36,010 bases of DNA, from positions 1 to 36,010 of the forward strand of contig JAKLIU010000001.1 of the NCBI GenBank assembly GCA_022709445.1, written 5' to 3'. Under the pieces are notes generated by a model. That model had not been told where the DNA came from. It saw only the letters and a program-made list of their open reading frames with translations, and did no database searches. A program made the translations under genes and the position numbers. This DNA is from Spirochaetota bacterium. Its GTDB lineage: Bacteria; Spirochaetota; Spirochaetia; Treponematales; UBA12059. Positions 32,791 to 36,010 of the stretch are shown here, piece by piece (position 1 is the stretch's first letter; each line of letters starts with the position of its first letter).

Positions 32791-32819
32791 ACTCTAGCAC
32801 GGCTCCCCGGGGCGGGCAA
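32791..32819 (-). promoter_or_regulatory. Sigma70-type promoter for pepF, apparently leaderless
   Basis: The minus strand reads TTGCCC, a 17-nt spacer ending in TGc, TAGAGT, then CCGCCC, then ATG (32784). No Shine-Dalgarno. Confidence 0.45.
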
Positions 32820-32850
32820 GCCGACCCGTCCCGCGCGGCCCGCATTCCGC

Positions 32851-32880
32851 TTGCAGACGCCGGGATTTGCGTTCTATGAT
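32851..32880 (+). promoter_or_regulatory. Sigma70-type promoter for the HisKA_2 kinase gene, apparently leaderless
   Basis: TTGCAG, 18 nt, TATGAT (32875-32880), then 7 nt, then ATG at 32888. Confidence 0.4.
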
Positions 32881-32887
32881 CGCGGGT

Positions 32888-33982
32888 ATGAATGCCGCCA
32901 GGGTCCGCGAACCCGTGATTGAGGTCGACAGCATCTTCACCCCGTTCGACCGGGCCGTGTCCAGGGTGCACGCCCTGCTCTTCGGGCGCACCCGCGGACT
33001 GACCCTGGCCGCGACGGTGGCGCTCTACGGCCTGGGCATGGTGCTCCTGGGAAACAGGCTGGGGGTGTCCGCGAATTTCATGGTGGTCATCCCGGTCATC
33101 GTGGCGGCCGTGGGCTACGGTCTGGCGGGCGGCCTCACCGCCGGCTTCCTGGGCCTGCCGCTCAACCTGGCGCTGTTCTACGCGCTCGGCCACCCGGAAT
33201 ACTCGCCCGCCTCCAAGCTGGCCGCCGAGCTCTCCGGGCTGGCGGTCGGCACGTCCATCGGCTACCTCTCCGACTTCTACAAGAAGCTCTTCATCGAGCG
33301 CACCATGCGCAAGGAGATGGAGGACGAGCTGAGGCGCGCCCTCCGCGACAAGGAAGCGCTGTTCCGCGAGGTGCACCACCGGGTCAAGAACAACCTCAAC
33401 CTGGTCAAGAGCCTGATCGGCCTGCAATCCCGGCGGTCGGAGGACCCCGCGTTCAAGCGCGCGGCCGCGGACCTGCTCAATCGCATCATGTCCATATCGC
33501 TCATCCACGAGCAGCTGTACCGCAAGGCCGAGCTGTCGTCGGTCTCCATGGACGAGTACCTGGGCCAGCTGGTGCGGAGCGCGACCGACAGCGCCGCGGA
33601 CCCGGACTACCCGCCCGAGGTGGAGGTCGCCTGCGCCAGGAGGGGCCTTTCCATGGACGCGGCCGTTCCCCTGGGCCTGGCCGCCAACGAGGCCATCACC
33701 AACGCGCTCAAGCACGGCAGGCCCCGGGGCAAGCTCCGGATCAGCGTCCGCTTCGCCAGGCTGGAGGACGAGTACGTGCTGGAGGTCAGGGACGACGGGC
33801 AGGGTTTCCCCTCCGGGGACGGCGGTCCGGGCCCGGAGGAGGAATCCGGCTCCAAGCTCGGCCTGACCCTCATGGACATCCTGGCCGGCCAGCTGGGCGG
33901 CCGCGCGGGATACTGGCGCGAGGACGGCTTCACCATCTTCAAGCTGACCTTCCCCGCGTACAAATCCGGGGAGACGGACTGA
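32888..33982 (+). CDS. Membrane sensor histidine kinase, HisKA_2 / HWE-like class
   Basis: Polytopic N-terminus, then EALFREVHHRVKNNLNLVKSLIGLQSRR (HisKA_2 H-box). ATPase motifs NEAITNALKHG, EVRDDGQGFP and GLTLMDILAGQLGG. In-frame alternative starts are TTG at 32867 and ATG at 32876. Confidence 0.8.
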   Translation: MNAARVREPVIEVDSIFTPFDRAVSRVHALLFGRTRGLTLAATVALYGLGMVLLGNRLGVSANFMVVIPVIVAAVGYGLAGGLTAGFLGLPLNLALFYALGHPEYSPASKLAAELSGLAVGTSIGYLSDFYKKLFIERTMRKEMEDELRRALRDKEALFREVHHRVKNNLNLVKSLIGLQSRRSEDPAFKRAAADLLNRIMSISLIHEQLYRKAELSSVSMDEYLGQLVRSATDSAADPDYPPEVEVACARRGLSMDAAVPLGLAANEAITNALKHGRPRGKLRISVRFARLEDEYVLEVRDDGQGFPSGDGGPGPEEESGSKLGLTLMDILAGQLGGRAGYWREDGFTIFKLTFPAYKSGETD

Positions 33983-33987
33983 GCCCG

Positions 33988-34968
33988 ATGCGCGGCTTCC
34001 TCAAGGCCCTGGTGGCCGTTTCCGGCCTGGCCTTCCTGCTCACCCTCTCCATCAACATGGCGCTGGCGTTCCGCATGGGCAGGCAGGCCGCGCCGGTCTC
34101 CGAGGCCGACGGCCGCGAGGCTCTCTTCCATATCATAGCCATCCTGCCGGAATCGGACGGCGACGGCTTCTACGCCGACGCGCTCGCGGCCATGCACCGG
34201 GCCGCGGGAGACTCCGGGGCGGTCATGCAGGTCCTGCGCTACGCTCCCGCCGGCAGGGGGGAGTCCGCCGCCAGGATGCTCGCCCTGGCCGCCGAGCTGG
34301 AACCGGACGCGGTGATCGCCGCCCTGCCCCAGGAGCCGGGGATAACCGAGTCGACCCAGGCGCTGGCGGCCGCCGGCATCCCGCTGGTCACCCTCGAGTC
34401 GGACGCGTCCGGCGGTTCGCGCGCGGCCTTCGTGGGGACCAACCCCTACGGCATAGGCACCCTGGCCGCGAAGGCGGTTGCGGAAGGCTTTCCGCAGGGG
34501 GCGGACGTGGCCCTGGTGCTGGCGAGCGCCTGGGCGGACGCCCGGGGGGCGACCATCGTGGCGGGCTTCATGCAGGGCCTGCGTTCGCGTCCGGACATCA
34601 GGCTTGCCATGACCCGCACGGCCGCGGCCGGGCCGGCGGCCAGCGAGGAGATCGTGCGCGAGCTGCTCGGCGGCCGCGCCGGCATAGACGTGGCGGTGTT
34701 CACCGGCGCGCGCGACGCGGAAGGCGCGGCCCGCGCCCTGATCGAATACGACCGGGTGGGGGCGTTCGCCATCGTGGGTTTCGGGGACGATCCCGCCCTG
34801 CTGGAGCTGATGGAGAGCGGCGTGGTCCTGGCGACCGTGGCCCGCTCGCCCGACCGGGCGGGCGAGGCGGCCGTGGCCGCCGCCATGAACCTGGCCAGGG
34901 GGGAACGGACGGGAGCCTACGTGGATCCCGGGCTGCGCCTCATCCAGGGGAACGGGGACGGGCAGTGA
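33988..34968 (+). CDS. Membrane-anchored periplasmic-binding-protein-like (sugar-binding fold) sensor partner
   Basis: N-terminal TM anchor (LVAVSGLAFLLTLSINMALAF), then a type-I PBP-like pattern (FHIIAILPESDGDGFY..., IPLVTLESD, AFVGTNPYGIGTLAAKAV, VVGFGDDP). The stop overlaps the next gene's GTG (GTGA). Confidence 0.6.
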   Translation: MRGFLKALVAVSGLAFLLTLSINMALAFRMGRQAAPVSEADGREALFHIIAILPESDGDGFYADALAAMHRAAGDSGAVMQVLRYAPAGRGESAARMLALAAELEPDAVIAALPQEPGITESTQALAAAGIPLVTLESDASGGSRAAFVGTNPYGIGTLAAKAVAEGFPQGADVALVLASAWADARGATIVAGFMQGLRSRPDIRLAMTRTAAAGPAASEEIVRELLGGRAGIDVAVFTGARDAEGAARALIEYDRVGAFAIVGFGDDPALLELMESGVVLATVARSPDRAGEAAVAAAMNLARGERTGAYVDPGLRLIQGNGDGQ

Positions 34969-36010
34969 GGAAAGCGCCTTCGTTCCGCGGCCGGGTCATC
35001 GCCGCCGGCCTCCTGCCCATCATGCTCATGGGCGTGGCCGCCGCCTTCACGGCCGTCGCCGCCGGCTCCAGCGCACGCAGCGTGTCCGCGCTCTTCGAAA
35101 CGGACCTCTTCCTGCGCGAGACCCTGGCGGGCGTGGACCAGATCGTGGGCCGGCTCGCCGCCTTCCTGGACACCAAGAACTCGGACGCCCTGCGCGCGTA
35201 CATGAGGGAGGCCACCCGGCTCTCCGAGCGGGCTGCAGGGCTGGACGCCGGGCCGTCCAGGAGCGAGAACCGGCTCATCGAGAGCAACATAGCCATCCTC
35301 ATACGCAGCCTCCTTGAGGAGAGCGAGGGCGCGGTGCGAGCCAAGCGGGGCCGCAACATACCCGAGTACGTGGCCCGGTTCCAGAAGGTGGAGGAACTGG
35401 CGTCCTTCATACGGGAGCGCGCGGACGCCCTGTCGCTGGAACGCCTGGAGCGGAACCTGGCCCGCTTCGACACGCTGGCGGCGGACCTGGACCGGTCGGG
35501 CAGGTTCCTGGCGGCCATGATCGCCTCCGCGCTGGCCTTCGCCGCCGCATCCACGGTGCGCTACGCGGTCAAGATGACCGACCCGCTGGCCAGGATGGCC
35601 GGGGCGGCCGCGCGCATCTCCGGCGGGGATTACGGCGGAGGGCCCCTCCCGGAGGGCGACGACGAGATCGGGCGGACCGCGCAGGCCTTCAACGTCATGC
35701 AGGCGAGCGTCGCCGCCCATGTCGCCGACATACGGGCAAAGGCCGCGGTGGAAGCCTCCCTGATGGACGAGCGCCTCAAGAACTTGTCCATGGCCGGACA
35801 CCTGCGCAGCGCGGAGCTCAAGGCCCTGCAGTCCAGGATCAACCCGCACTTCCTCTTCAACACCCTGAACGCAGGCATCCAGTTGGCCACGGTGGAGGAC
35901 GCCGACCGTACCCGCGTGTTCCTGGAGCGCCTGGCCGGCCTCATGCGCTACTCCTTCCGCGACCTGGACTCCCCCGTGGCCCTCGGCGACGAGCTGGCCT
36001 GCCTTCGGGA
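34965..36010 (+). CDS. LytS/YesM-type sensor histidine kinase (HAMP plus His_kinase PF06580-like), truncated by the right edge
   Basis: Absent from the ORF track because there is no stop in the window. Manual translation gives VRKAPSFRGRVIAAGLLPIMLMGVAAAF..., a second TM helix, and a HAMP domain (VKMTDPLARMAGAAARISGGDY...DEIGRTAQAFNVMQ). The hallmark LKALQSRINPHFLFNTLN follows. Confidence 0.8.
   Translation, partial: MRKAPSFRGRVIAAGLLPIMLMGVAAAFTAVAAGSSARSVSALFETDLFLRETLAGVDQIVGRLAAFLDTKNSDALRAYMREATRLSERAAGLDAGPSRSENRLIESNIAILIRSLLEESEGAVRAKRGRNIPEYVARFQKVEELASFIRERADALSLERLERNLARFDTLAADLDRSGRFLAAMIASALAFAAASTVRYAVKMTDPLARMAGAAARISGGDYGGGPLPEGDDEIGRTAQAFNVMQASVAAHVADIRAKAAVEASLMDERLKNLSMAGHLRSAELKALQSRINPHFLFNTLNAGIQLATVEDADRTRVFLERLAGLMRYSFRDLDSPVALGDELACLR

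Noticed and set aside
29797-32922. 1041-aa ORF on the plus strand, the longest ORF in the track
   Set aside because: It is antisense to the clearly recognisable membrane-protein and M3 oligoendopeptidase genes. Its translation is Arg/Gly/Pro/Ala-rich low complexity with no motifs, the typical shadow ORF of a GC-rich genome.
1-36010. Mobile elements, prophage, defence or toxin-antitoxin systems, secondary-metabolite clusters
   Set aside because: I saw no transposase, integrase, recombinase, RT, nuclease/helicase defence signatures, cas genes, terminal inverted repeats with target duplications, or tRNA-flanked island. The window reads as core chromosome, so I do not claim any such system.

Overview
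The window is GC-rich bacterial chromosome, roughly two-thirds G+C by eye. It is densely coding and switches strand often. I found no rRNA, tRNA, CRISPR array, transposase, integrase, phage gene or recognisable defence gene.

Recognisable housekeeping and metabolic genes:
- rpsU, an M23 peptidase, and serA-serC.
- A malic enzyme divergent from zwf.
- valS heading a long minus-strand operon: valS, a RelA/SpoT-type HD hydrolase, deoC and a BMP lipoprotein. It is followed by a BMP-type, probably nucleoside, ABC importer.
- An M3 oligoendopeptidase (pepF-like).

Signalling genes are abundant:
- A PP2C/SpoIIE phosphatase with TPR repeats.
- An ECF sigma factor with an anti-sigma factor.
- A TPR-HD-GYP phosphodiesterase.
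- A DUF3365(CxxCH)-GGDEF cyclase.
- A HisKA_2 kinase.
- A membrane-anchored binding protein paired with a LytS/YesM-type kinase.

The gene content (BMP/TmpC-like lipoproteins, DUF4954, DUF1576) loosely suggests a spirochaete-like lineage. That is only a guess.

No classical novel-system hallmark is visible. The least explained parts are:
1. The ECF sigma / CBM48-type anti-sigma operon, which sits among three secreted Ala-rich helical-repeat proteins of unknown function (5881-9396).
2. The DUF4954 beta-helix gene with two unknown helical neighbours (9571-12983).
3. A strongly signalled 36-codon Lys-rich ORF missing from the ORF track (29541-29836).
4. A roughly 120-nt palindromic (CACAGAGA)3 element (13005-13124).
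5. A recurring apparently leaderless promoter-ATG architecture.

All coordinates were counted by hand. All family assignments come from remembered motifs, not from searches.
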